A DNA stretch of 56,606 nucleotides, filler included, from Sphacelaria rigidula (Eukaryota), in assembly GCA_964200075.2 (NCBI GenBank). It is 7 parts of 7 records of this genome, joined end to end, with 100 filler letters (N's around TTAATTAATTAA, not from the genome) between each part and the next. Parts side by side here need not be neighbours in the genome. Positions count along the whole stretch, not along the records: positions 16,204 to 24,204 come from CAXNAA020012690.1; positions 24,305 to 32,305 come from CAXNAA020012691.1; positions 32,406 to 40,406 come from CAXNAA020012692.1; 4 more parts are not named here. One strand, 5' to 3'. How positions within the stretch are numbered: the first letter of the stretch is position 1; every line of letters begins with the position of its first letter. The position numbers were made by a program, and so were the translations under genes. This document shows positions 23,307-34,248 of the stretch, in pieces. The notes under the pieces are model-generated. The model saw only the letters and a list, made by a program, of their open reading frames with translations. It was not told where the DNA came from and made no database searches.

Positions 23307-24130
23307 CTTAGCAGAGAGAACGGGTTTGGGAGACCCATCACCTAGCGTGTTTCTAGGATAGTCGTCGATACACATCGGGGCGTGGGCATGGGGGGGTGGG
23401 TGCGGGCGTTGTAATGGTAATCTGGCCGAAAACCCGATCCAACCTTCAGTTTTTTTTCACCATCGTGTTTAACGTTTTTGTTCAGACTCGCGTTCCGAAG
23501 ATTGAAAACTCCCGAAAAGCCATGCATGAAAGTACCACCCCCCCTCCATCTCGAAAGGGATGCGTGGTCAACGGTCACACGACTAAGGCAAGAAACAAAT
23601 CAGTACGCCCCCCCCCCCCGTGTTGGGGCGGCGGTATCATTCGTCATCAGTCATTCGTCATTGCAGTACCGAGCTGTACGCGATAGCAAAATGCCCTTCA
23701 AAAACAGACAACACTAGACAAAAAAAACGCATAGCACTCTTTTTACAGGAAATAGAATATGACTGATGAATAAGACGGTGCTGCTTTTGTCCGGGCCTGA
23801 TTTCCCCCGCTGCATTTCCTTCACCCGAATCCATCCCCGAATCCATGTCAAAAACGGTTACATCGTCGCAGCTGCTCACGTGTACCGAGGTCTTCGACAA
23901 CAACTTTGCTTGAACTCAAATGACTCAACTTATTATTTTTTACTGCTTCATTCTCGATTTTTCGAAACTTTGTGCGGTACGTTTCGACAAATCCACCGCG
24001 CATCTCATTCCATCGCGCCAAGTCTCTTGTGTGTCAAGGGATCAAAAGGGATTAAGCCATCGTTCTTACTGCGTATAATCGCTCTGCATGTATATCATCG
24101 AACACTGGATGATAACTATCCGATTCGATT

Positions 24131-24204
24131 GGGGGGGTGTACTCATGATCATGCCTGCCATAGTCATAAGACCATTGACCTCGCATCCCTACAAAGCCGG
24201 GACG
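24131..24204 (-). repeat. Family A 3' end at a contig end
   Basis: GGGGTGTACTCATGATCATGCC..ACCATTGACCTCGCATCCCTACAAAGCCGGGACG matches 50808-50882. Confidence 0.7.
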
Positions 24205-24304
24205 NNNNNNNNNNNNNNNNNNNNNNNNNNNNNNNNNNNNNNNNNNNNTTAATTAATTAANNNNNNNNNNNNNNNNNNNNNNNNNNNNNNNNNNNNNNNN
24301 NNNN
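24205..24304. other. Artificial contig spacer
   Basis: 44 N + TTAATTAATTAA + 44 N. Confidence 0.98.
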
Positions 24305-24599
24305 GCTATTGCAGAAAGTATGTTGGGCCTCGTGGAAGTGCATTTCGGAACTGAAACGATTCATTCACTTTTTCACGAAAACGCTGTTTACCGTAGCATC
24401 ACTCAAAATATTTCAGGCCGGTGTTGAAACACTTGACGCGGTTTCTGGCTTCCAAACAGGGATTATATCGCCATCTCATATCTTGGGACCATTCTGCATC
24501 ACGTCCACATTGTGCTCACGTGTTGCCATATCCAGGACGAGTACTACGCAGTTGTCGGGTCTTCACACAAGTCCCAGAGATATTTCATGGGAAAATACC

Positions 24600-24830
24600 A
24601 TTCCGGGCCATACCGGAGTGTCCGACACAGGGGCTCGATACCCTGCGGGACCATTTCAGAAATTTCGGTGCACATTCCAGTATGGTTCAGTATTACAAGC
24701 CATCATCCCTGACGCCCGAGTAGATCCTTCATAACACAATTTCGGAAGAAGGCAATTCTTCTGCGAAGGCTTCAACCTTCGTGGATGCAGATCACATGAT
24801 GAATTGCACGTTTGGTTACAAATGGGTAGA
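24600..24830 (+). pseudogene. Possible decayed 3' end of a LINE ORF2 (zinc-knuckle-like)
   Basis: Translation QKFRCTF...*...CEGFNLRGCRSHDELHVWLQM loosely resembles the RFRCS...C..C...DExHV pattern of LINE C-termini; it is interrupted by a stop. Confidence 0.25.
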
Positions 24831-25906
24831 GTCAGCTCATACTCTCGAAACATCGGGCCCTTCGGGGACGCCTCCCATTCGACCTACAGATGCCTCCATC
24901 AAGCACAAGATCATCCACGTGTCACACATGTCCGAAACAAGCTCGGGGAACCACCGTCCACACACGACGATTTCGTCTTCTTGTTTGTTGTTGTGGGGTT
25001 TGCCGAAGCGTACCCACTTTTTATTATTTTTTCATTTTTTTACCAACGTCGATCATACTACCAGTATACCGATTCCTCCTAGTTGAAAAGTACTTACTCC
25101 ACAATTTCCACCACCCAACACAGCCCCCGAGAAAAACTTGAGGCCCCATCCTCCTCCTTTTCCACTACGAAAAAAAACCTCCCCTTTGCGTTTTACAAAC
25201 TGCGACCCTCCTTACCAGAAAACAGCTACGGTTCGAGTCTTGGAACCCTTTTACCCATACAAAAAACGCCACGACAATTTTCACGAGAGCTCTCGACCTC
25301 CGACCTCTTGCTGTCATGGAGTTATCCTTCTTCGAAGAGCCATCGACACGCGCACAAATGCAGAAAAAGCTTGCTGTGCGAATCAGCAGATTTCTCCGCG
25401 TCCTACACCGGCAGCTAGCTTGTGGTTACCCAAGGTTTTCTCTCCACGGTGCAGACACGTACCCTGTGTGCTCTTTTCCGAGCCAAGGTACTTGTCGCAC
25501 GCGGGACACAAGATCTCTCACTCACCACCCATTTCTGCATCGCAGAACCATCTTACGCATTCAAATATCAAAAGCAAGGCGCTACCCGTTTACGCGCCGT
25601 CACACACAAAAAATCCAGCGTCATCATTCCACCGCGGATCGCCGCTCTCCTCTTCTCGGCGGCATTTTTCGAAAATCAATTACACCTTCCTTCTACTCAC
25701 TTCTTTCCCTGTGCTTCCTTCCGCACTAGCCTACTCGACGTCATCATTTTTATAATGTACATGCCCCCACAACTGACTCTCTCAGTGACAACGGGGGCGT
25801 GATTGCAGGGGCGAAGAAGCCCGAACGCACCCTCTAGGGTGAGTACCACTTTTGAGCAGCAGCATCAACCTAGCGCGATAGCATTCTTTCAAATCTTGCG
25901 TGAGAT

Positions 25907-27784
25907 TCACTTGTCCTTGTTTCCGTCATCCAAGGACAGGCTCTCCACACCTGCATTCATAACATCGCTATCGGCACCCGCGGCGCCTCCCGCCGCCGGG
26001 GCCACCACCATTACCTTAGTCCACAGCCTCTGACCGAACTTACGCTCATCACCGAAGGCGCGCCAGTATCCTTCGTACATGCCGGCCTGGTTCGGGGCGA
26101 TCAGATCCACCGAGATTTCGGCTTCTTCTCCTGGGGCAACGGCCCCCACCACGGCCGCCTCTGAAGGAGACGAGAGGTCCTGACATCCGCGGCTCACGGG
26201 CACCAGTGACACTTCTTCGGGCCACGGTGCAGATGAGTCGTTCCGCACCAGCCATGACTTCTTGAAGCTCTGGCCAGGGGTAACGTGGGCCACGTCCTCA
26301 CCGTGGGAAGGACTCCTGTGTTCCACGAACCTGACCATGGCCATTGACTGCCTCCCGCCCCTGCCGCCGCAGCCACGGGGACCGCCGCCTCCCCGGCCGC
26401 ACCAGCCACCACCTCGACCAAAGCCGTGACCGAAAGCGCCGCCGTAGAAGAACGCTTCAGGGGGAACAAACATTGCGGGGTGATGACCTTGCCAATAAGC
26501 CTCGTCGTCGTGCTCTTCTCCGTGAAGACCATCAGTTTCGTGGACGCGGTTCCTTCCACCGAACGAACGGGACTTGCGGTGCTCGGCCGCGGGGTCCGGA
26601 TGGCGCATGTGTCGGTGGCGGCGACCATGCTCACATGCACCCGGGGGTGCGAACATCATGTGTGGAGGACAGTGGGGCATGTGCATGTGTCCCGGCCGAG
26701 GGTGGTGGTGATCATGCTCGGCTGCCCCCGGAGGCAAACCCATCATGTGGGGAGAGGGGTGCATTCCCACGTGTCCCGGCGGAGGGTGGTGATGACCATG
26801 CTCCGCTGCTGCCAGAGGCCCGCCCACCATGTAGGGGGGAGAGTGGTGCATATCCATGTGGTGGAACGGAGGAGGGGATCTCTTGCCCCTGGGCCCGACA
26901 CGACCCCTTCCCCCCTTGCCTCGGCCGCCACGGCCACCGCCGCGACCGTGCCAGCCGCCGTCGAAGAAGTGGCCGTGAGCAGGTCCGCCAAAGCTACGTC
27001 CCTCCCGGGTGAACAGCTCTGCCACCTCAGCCTCATCCAAAAGTCCAAGCCTGACCATGCGGATGGGGCGAATGCGCAGGGCTTGCAGCATGGGGCCCAC
27101 TTCTTCTTCGGCCATCTGTACGCCGTTGAGCTCCAGCAGGCGCTGTACAGGGCTGGTGACGAGCGCGCGCTGACCACACACGTACACGCCCTTGCCACCA
27201 CGGCGCATGTCTTTTTTGTCAGCCGTGTTACCCTCCTCCTCATCGGAGGACATGCCGCTGGCATCGGTCGAAGAAGCGGCAGCACCGCTCGAGGGTTCCA
27301 GAGTTCGATGCGGGGCCAGCCCGTAGATGACCAATTGCCTGCCCTGAATCTGGAACAGGGCCATCACACGCCACAGTTGCGTGGGCGTGAGGTGAACACC
27401 GTAGCGCTTGGCAAGTCGGATGGAACCTTTCTGAAACAGCTTGCTGCCCTCCGGGTCCCGAGCTGCGGCAGCTTCCACATCAAATGCAGACGGGCCATCG
27501 ATTTCGACCGTATCCGGCTCCTTCACTGGAGGAACGCTAGCGGGATCCTCTTCCACCGTCACGTCCACCATGTCTTCATCGGTGGGGTCACCAGCTACCG
27601 AGCCCACGTTAGAGGCCAGGGCGTAGCCTTGAGTGGAGGGCACGTCGGGCGGGGTGGCCGTCGACACAGCGCTAGCGGTGGGCTGCTGCCGCTGCTGTTC
27701 ACGAGAACGTTGAACGATTATCTTGAGTGGCACCGGAGAGGTGCGGATGGCGAGGTCGAGCTCAGCGTCGGTGTCGAATCGAAC
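25907..27784 (-). CDS. NBR1-like protein, exon 2 (end of PB1, RGG and His-rich repeats, C-terminal FW/Ig-like domain)
   Basis: Acceptor GTGGTAG|GTT in phase 0 gives VRFDTDAELDLAIR, completing the PB1 OPCA motif. 625 codons are open to TGA. The FW domain reads PGQSFKKSWLVRNDSSAPWP...VAPGEEAEISVDLIAP..AGMYEGYWR....KFGQRLW. Confidence 0.92.
   Translation of the reverse strand, partial: VRFDTDAELDLAIRTSPVPLKIIVQRSREQQRQQPTASAVSTATPPDVPSTQGYALASNVGSVAGDPTDEDMVDVTVEEDPASVPPVKEPDTVEIDGPSAFDVEAAAARDPEGSKLFQKGSIRLAKRYGVHLTPTQLWRVMALFQIQGRQLVIYGLAPHRTLEPSSGAAASSTDASGMSSDEEEGNTADKKDMRRGGKGVYVCGQRALVTSPVQRLLELNGVQMAEEEVGPMLQALRIRPIRMVRLGLLDEAEVAELFTREGRSFGGPAHGHFFDGGWHGRGGGRGGRGKGGRGRVGPRGKRSPPPFHHMDMHHSPPYMVGGPLAAAEHGHHHPPPGHVGMHPSPHMMGLPPGAAEHDHHHPRPGHMHMPHCPPHMMFAPPGACEHGRRHRHMRHPDPAAEHRKSRSFGGRNRVHETDGLHGEEHDDEAYWQGHHPAMFVPPEAFFYGGAFGHGFGRGGGWCGRGGGGPRGCGGRGGRQSMAMVRFVEHRSPSHGEDVAHVTPGQSFKKSWLVRNDSSAPWPEEVSLVPVSRGCQDLSSPSEAAVVGAVAPGEEAEISVDLIAPNQAGMYEGYWRAFGDERKFGQRLWTKVMVVAPAAGGAAGADSDVMNAGVESLSLDDGNKDK
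26590..26860 (-). repeat. Coding His/Pro/Met-rich repeat, three units of about 28-30 aa
   Basis: HHSPPYMVGGPLAAAEHGHHHPPPGHVGM / HPSPHMMGLPPGAAEHDHHHPRPGHMHM / PHCPPHMMFAPPGACEHGRRHRHMRH. Confidence 0.85.
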
Positions 27785-27893
27785 CTACCACGTACGATTT
27801 TGATGGAAGCATCGAGTGAGAGGGCGCATCGGGCAAAGTGAAGTCAAGAGGTTGAATACTAACTTCAGGGGACGTTGGATATATACACGTGTA

Positions 27894-28806
27894 AACGTTG
27901 CACACCTCGGTCAACTCAACCAAAGCTACCACGAGTCGACTCTCCTCGGCATATCTTACCAGGGACTTATAGCAGAATCACTCACGGATGCGCATCCTGG
28001 CCAAGTGAGTTATAAAATTTATCTCAGTTATACATATCTCGGGCAGTTGAATCGTCATCTTTGACCCAGTTATGCGCATTCCGACCGGGTGAGTTATGAG
28101 CTCAACTCAGTTATGCACATTATGTGCCAGGTAACTCAGTTCTGCTTTTCCTAGCCAGGTGAGTTATAAAAGATAACTCATCGATGCATATATTCGCCAG
28201 GTGACTTGTAGAAGATAAATCAGGGTGCACATTCTGGCCGGGTGAGGTATAGAAGATAACTCATCGATGCATTTCTCTGACACGGAATGTATAGAAGCCA
28301 AATCAGCGGTGTACATTTTGGACGGGTGAGTTATGGGATGAAAAATCACGGGAGTAAAAAAAAGCTATATGGAGCTCCGTTATGAGTTCCGAGTTTCGAA
28401 ACAACTCTTTTTGTACACGAAATTTACCCTCTACCTCTGTGTTCAGAGTTTTGAGATAGCTCACCTCTACCCCTCAACTCAGTTATACGTATCTCGGGCA
28501 CGTGAGTTATAATCTAAAACTCAGTTATGCGCATTCCGGCCGGGTGAGTCATGATATATATCTCAGTAACGCACATTCTGGCTGGGCGAGTTGTCAAGTA
28601 TAATTCAGTTATGCACATTCCGGGCAGATATCTTGTATATAACGCAGGGACGCAACACTGGCCAGGTGAGTCAATAGTCTATAACTCAGTTATGCACATT
28701 CTGGTCGGGTGAGTTGTCAACTATAACTTAGTTCAACACATTCTAGTCAGGTGAGTTTTAGAGCATAACTGAGTTTACTCATGAGTTGTCCGGCGTGTGA
28801 AACGTT
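27894..28806. mobile_element. Intronic inverted-repeat-bounded element filled with about 41-bp hairpin-forming tandem units
   Basis: Arms 27894-27918 and 28782-28806 match at 21/25 as reverse complements. Internal units AACTCAGTTATGCACATTCTGGCCGGGTGAGTT(ATA) lie in two blocks (about 27980-28336 and 28476-28775). Confidence 0.75.
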
Positions 28807-28907
28807 GTCCAAGCTTTTCATCCTCGAGTTGAGGTATACTAGTCAGCTTCACGGGGGGGGGAAGTTTTATGTGGGAAATGAGTACATCGTAGCATTCGTG
28901 CTAGTAT

Positions 28908-29125
28908 ATCGTAATTGTGCGGGTCATCGCACACCCCCTGGACCGAATTTCAAAGCTCGATTACTCCATGACGAAGAGGGTGTCGATACCAAACGACGCG
29001 TTTTCGGACAGCTACCGACGAGATCTTTGTAGCGTCACCCTTTTCGGAATTGATGCTCTTGTTATGGAGTAATCGAGCTTTGAAATTCGGTCTATGGGGT
29101 GTGCGATGACTCGCATAATCACGGG
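28908..29125. mobile_element. MITE-like foldback element (about 70-bp inverted arms, TA-flanked)
   Basis: GTCATCGCACACCCC..GACCGAATTTCAAAGCTCGATTACTCCAT pairs with ATGGAGTAATCGAGCTTTGAAATTCGGTC..GGGGTGTGCGATGAC. Confidence 0.8.
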
Positions 29126-30034
29126 TAGGCAAACCAAGCTGGAAAAATGCCGGGTCTGATTTAATCAAAAATAACCAGCGATCACGTACGAGGTTGTCCC
29201 ACCAGGAAATACTGGCGAGGGCCACGCGAAGATTTTCATCCTACAAACGTCGACCCGTTAGCTACGATCCGTTCTATCGATACCAGTACAGTGCAGTGCA
29301 GCAGACCGCGTCATCGACACTGGGCATCACGCAACTGCAGCAAATTGCCACGACTACACTGGCTACCGCGAACGTTGGGTAAATACTATGGTTGTTCATA
29401 CTAGGTTCGTCGGATTTATTGTAGAGAACACAATGACACGTGCAAGAGTCAGTGGCTACAGATCAGACAGCTCTCTTTCGTAACATGTTTGTGTCAAGGA
29501 ATCATTTCCCGTTAGTGTTCGTGTCGGGTACCGGAATCACCGAACCCCGAGAACCGAAGGAACGTGCTCCTTGATCATTTGTAAAGAGACGTTAAAAACA
29601 TCGAAGACTCGAGAACAAACGTTGTAGACACCTGATCCTACGAAGTGAAACAAAAATGACCATACAGCGAGTCCATGGCCGCATCACATCGATTGCGACA
29701 AGTGTGGGTGCGTAACTGAGAGCAACAGTGCAGCTCTTTGCCAACGAAGCTTCAATACCGCGGTGCATCTGATGCACAGCACCCGGATTCGGCCTCTAGC
29801 CGTCCATTGTATCACTTCATAATCGAGACTGAACTGGTACTGTGCGAATACATGATTACAGTTCAGTGTAGGTGAAACAAGCTGGTTGAAGTCCCGATTT
29901 CGTTTGCGAATACCAGGAGACGGATACAATCAAGTACTTATCCAGGGAGTGAAGGTCTCATACACAAGTCAAACGCACACACTACCAGAGTCTGGAGACG
30001 ACACATCTTCTCCTGGGACTGCTAAGGGTCTCAC

Positions 30035-30202
30035 CTGATCACCGTCAGCATCCTCGTATGTGAACATCATGCCAGCATGTTCGGTCAAGGAATAAGCTGT
30101 GCTGGTCGCCTGGACGAGAGCGTCGAACCGGGGAGGGGAGGGCACCTCCAGCATTCGAAGGTCTCCGTTAAGCTTGACCTTCACCAAATGAGATGCAGCC
30201 AT
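30035..30202 (-). CDS. NBR1-like protein, exon 1 (PB1 domain N-terminal part)
   Basis: ATG in AAAAACATGG context after a CAA-rich leader; MAASHLVKVKLNGDLRML...FTYEDADGDQ carries the PB1 Lys and YxDxDGD motif; donor CAG|GTGAGA, phase 0. Confidence 0.92.
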
Positions 30203-31393
30203 GTTTTTATTCTCGTCGTTGTCGTTGATCTTGTTCTCCTCGCTGTCGTCGTTATTTTCTTGTTGCTTATGATGTTGGTGTTGGGTTGGGTGTAGTAATG
30301 ATAATGGGGGGAAGTTCAGTACGTCGATTCCGACATCTTCGACCGGGTTCTGGACGTGGGGAACAATGCTAAGAACGGTCTTTGGTCCCGCTTTCTTCTA
30401 GAACCCATACCCATGTGTATGGGATATAACACCCTCTAATGATGAATTCAATCCAAATACATATTTTCATTCGAGGAATGATTCATTGATGCTGATTGAT
30501 ATATTCAATAACTTCATTCTTTACGATTCGAAGCGAGTGATCAATGCTTAAACGCACGTTCCGGAATCTACAGACACTGGAATAAACATACCAAAAGGGT
30601 GTTATCCAGGATATCCTTATCCTTCCATCCAAGTTCCATCCCGTAAGCAGACCGGCCGAGAAAGCGGCATCTAAGCGGCATACTGCACCACAACAAGATT
30701 TTCGAAATGTGTGTGGTAGAGTGATAATTTACCGCAAGCTTCCGAATTGTCGAGGTCCCCGGTCGTCAAGGCTCACGCCTTAGCCGAGAACATGCAGGAC
30801 TGATTGTTGTCACGCTACACGACTCGTGCATGATGGCTGTATTGCTCTGCTGGGATTGCTCATCAGCTAGCTGTTGTTTTGACTCCTCTTTTACCCGTAG
30901 GATAGAGGCAGGATGGGACACTGCCTTAAAACTTTCGACGAGGTCGGCTTCCCGCCTGACATAGGCTAGGGGTATGAGGTAAGGTGGAACCCTACGATTG
31001 TGATCGGCAACAAGTGGGGTACGTCAGGTTCGCCAACGGTAGATAGTAACCGCTGTCGGTGGCAAAGATCGTATAACGTCGCACAGCCACAGGATCCACC
31101 CGCTGGCAGTTTAATCCATGTTGATTGATTGATTGATTATCTCACATCAGCTGATTGCAACAATCCTGCCCGTGGTCGTATATAACCCAGTCGGCCAGGC
31201 AGTCCTGGACACATTCAAGTCCTGTGTACAACTAGTGGAACAGATATAACTTCATGTCGCTGCTTTCGAGCTGTTGGTGTAAAACAGGTTTCTACTTGGG
31301 TGCGAGTAGCGTTATTCCTGCGCTACCAGTCATGCTTGTGAAACCTGATCAAGATGCCTTCTGACCTCCGGATGTACCACCGATGTCAGACAG

Positions 31394-31503
31394 CACTGGT
31401 GGCCACTGGGGTGCCTGCAACCTCAATTTTGGACCTTACAGACGTTGCACAAGATCTCTAATGTCCAAAATTGAGGTTACAGGCACCCCAGTGGCTACCC
31501 GTG
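31394..31503. mobile_element. 110-bp near-perfect hairpin element with CAC...GTG ends and a possible 2-bp AG target duplication
   Basis: 41-bp arms match at 38/41; AG flanks both sides. Confidence 0.7.
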
Positions 31504-31774
31504 AGGTATCTGGGTATACAATATGGTGCGTGCGCTGCGGCTGTTTGCGGAGACACCTTAGGGAGCAAATAGCTAACATCCGTCATATTCTTCAGGATGG
31601 CGAAGAGACATGCACTGCAGCTGAACGAGGGGCCGTCATCTCAAGACGCTCAAGAGGGATGCCACTAAACTACTGGAAAATTTACCTGGTGCACTTCGCT
31701 TGGTGTGTGCTCAGTTGAGAGTTACAGTAGATCGAGGTCAACCACTGTACTTATCGAGAAAACCGAGACGTCAT

Positions 31775-32305
31775 CCCGGCACGAGAGCAGCAGTGGACGC
31801 AGCGCTCGCCAAACGACGGGAGGCACGCCAACTGATGAAGCATCACCGGACTACAGCATCGTGGAAAGCACTCAGAACCGCGTGTAAGAACGTGCGTACA
31901 GCAATCGATGACGGCATCTATGCACATCTGGAAAGGTATGTGGAAAGGCTAGAAGTTATCTACAAGGACCGCGACATGAGAGGCCTGTACAAACACCTCA
32001 AGAGATCGGTGGGTCTTGGTGGAAGGCAATCCGGGGGGCAGCAGTTCATAAAGGATGAGAACGGCGTCCTACTGAGGAACAAAATTGCCATCCTTAAACG
32101 GTGGGCGAGATTTTTCCGCACCCTGCTCAACGCCAAATCGCTAACACTGAACCCAGCCATCGTCGAGGAGGTGAAGCAGCGACCGGCAGCGTCAACCACT
32201 GGGGATTCAGTACCGCTCGGGGCAGCACCAACACTGGAGGAAACTAGACGAGCAGTCCGGGGGATGCACAACTGGAAAGCGCCAGGACACGACTCCCTCC
32301 CGGTG
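31775..32305 (+). mobile_element. 5'-truncated non-LTR retrotransposon (LINE, RTE-like) ORF2, region just upstream of the RT domain; cut by the contig end
   Basis: Open frame with IKDENGVLL....ILKRWARFFRTLLN and PTLEETRRAVRGMHNWKAPGHDSLP, the conserved KAPGxDxLP pre-RT motif. Confidence 0.9.
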
Positions 32306-32405
32306 NNNNNNNNNNNNNNNNNNNNNNNNNNNNNNNNNNNNNNNNNNNNTTAATTAATTAANNNNNNNNNNNNNNNNNNNNNNNNNNNNNNNNNNNNNNN
32401 NNNNN
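32306..32405. other. Artificial contig spacer
   Basis: 44 N + TTAATTAATTAA + 44 N. Confidence 0.98.
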
Positions 32406-32439
32406 GTGCGGGTGTCTGTGGGCAGGTGGTGGGTTGGGT

Positions 32440-32483
<44 letters not shown>

Positions 32484-34088
32484 TGGCTTGCGTGCAGTGT
32501 TGTAGTGTGCGTGCTTCACGACTCCTGTGGGAAGCAAAACACAGCTTTGACGGTTTTCCCAATGCATGTTCTTGCGTAAAAAAACACACACACCGGATAT
32601 CGATGCTCATTGCTTGAAGTAGCAGATGCCGTTGTCTGTATGCCAACCAGAAGGCTTGTCGCGCTTTGGTGATTGCGTAGGTGTTGTCCTGACCGTTTCT
32701 TTTCTTGGGTGCGCGACTACGGTACTCCCTCGACCTTCAGGCTTTTCCTCATTTTGCGTGCTGTTGGTGTGCGGGGCGGGTTAAAGTTGGACACTTCTGC
32801 AAGAACACCGCACCCGGCGTTCGGAAACGAAGAGAGAGAGAAGTTGCCTGTGCAGTCGTGACACGGCGGGGTGTATCATTTTGTACCGTGAAGCCGCTTG
32901 GTCCCTTCTGAGTGAAAACAAAGTGTTTTTTCATAGGAAATTCATGGGGTGTTCCACGTTTTTTTTTTGTAGTTTTGACGTGTGTGGGTGCAGTCCGGTT
33001 GTTTTCTTTTGCACGCTGAATGCGGATAAGAAGGTTGAGTTTGAACGTCGATCAGTCGCATATCGATGTGTGGACCATGCCGTCCCACCTCGTCCTTTGA
33101 AGTAGGTCCCTGTCCTCGTTGAAGTCGTCGTCGGAGTTCAGGGTCATTTACATCTCAGCGTTTGTTGAGCAAGGCGGGCGGGCTGTGCTACCTATGTGTT
33201 GTGCTTTGAAGAAACCACGAGAAGAGTGGTGGATAGCGCATGCGCTGCATGATCGCACTGATGAAAATGCGAGATGCGTGTCACTTATTGTATGACTGGA
33301 GGTGTCGATTCATGGCCTCCAAGGCACCTCTAATACCTTTCTACTTTTGTGTTCGTCCATTATACCGTACGTGGCGTGTTTTTGTCTCTCCAGTGTGACG
33401 TGCAGCAGAGTTGAAGGCAGTCATATGGGATATGTTATGGGAGTTGTCGGTCTGCTGATTCTTCGGAATGATGAAAATTTGGGGATCGAAAATGCGTTGT
33501 GCTCGTCTGTTCTTCCGTAGTTCGGACGGTGTTTTTCATGGTTTATACCATGGACCATCGTTTTCGTTGAGCCCTCGCACATTGGACTGTGCTTGGCTAT
33601 TTAGTTATTGCTCGCACAGTGCAGTTGTGAGACCACGGACTCGTCCTAACGAAGCGAAATAAATGATGAAGCGACTCTGAGATAATGATCACATAAAAAG
33701 CGGAAAACCCGGTTCTTTCATTAGGTGGTCAACGCCTGTTCTCAGCGTTTTCCCTTCAACTTCACATTGATTACTCAACAATACCATCGCGAGTGAGAAT
33801 GCGTGCGATCACAGAGATCAAAATGCAGAATGCTACGTCTTTCCCACTTTGACGCCAAACGCCCGCAGAATGACTCAGTTTTTGCAGTCGCTGTCGAATT
33901 GTCTTCATGTACCGACGTCTTTGGAATGTATGATCGATGAGCTACAAACGCCACCGATTGCATGATACGCTTCGTAGCACAGTCGAAGTAGGTGACATGA
34001 GAAGAAAGTGACTGCACGCCTAGTATTGGTATCGTGGCAGCGAAGTACCCGGAACCTGATGAGTGAGCCGTAACAGTCGGCCGGTTAC

Positions 34089-34161
34089 TGATTGATTGAT
34101 TTTGATTGTCGCACTTTAACTGACGCCCCGGGGGTCCAGCCGTGATCTCATGATGGACGTA
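34089..34161 (-). mobile_element. Family B (AATC)n-tailed retroposon end
   Basis: Closely matches 15063-15145. Confidence 0.65.
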
Positions 34162-34248
34162 CCCAAGAAAAAAACAAACCAAAACACTCCCTGAAGAAAA
34201 GAAGGAACAGAGAAGAGGAAAGTCGGACAGAACGACACAGTAGACTAA

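Noticed and set aside
26344-27841. Plus-strand ORFs of 471 and 222 aa
   Set aside because: They are antisense to the GC-rich NBR1-like exon and contain no recognisable domain.
27980-28775. 41-bp palindromic units as a CRISPR-like repeat-spacer array
   Set aside because: The sequence between the palindromic ends is itself repeated rather than unique, so it is a diverged tandem array.
8395-30202. A cluster of CHAT-STAND, SecA and NBR1-like genes
   Set aside because: The genes are on separate concatenated contigs, so linkage is not supported.
30310-30405. Heat-shock elements upstream of the NBR1-like gene
   Set aside because: Only a two-unit TTCTAGAA and scattered GAA/TTC are present; there is no run of three alternating nGAAn units.
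32438-32481. Poly-Gly/poly-Pro ORFs from long G runs (also 42222-42405)
   Set aside because: These homopolymer tracts lie next to gaps and are likely low-quality sequence rather than coding.
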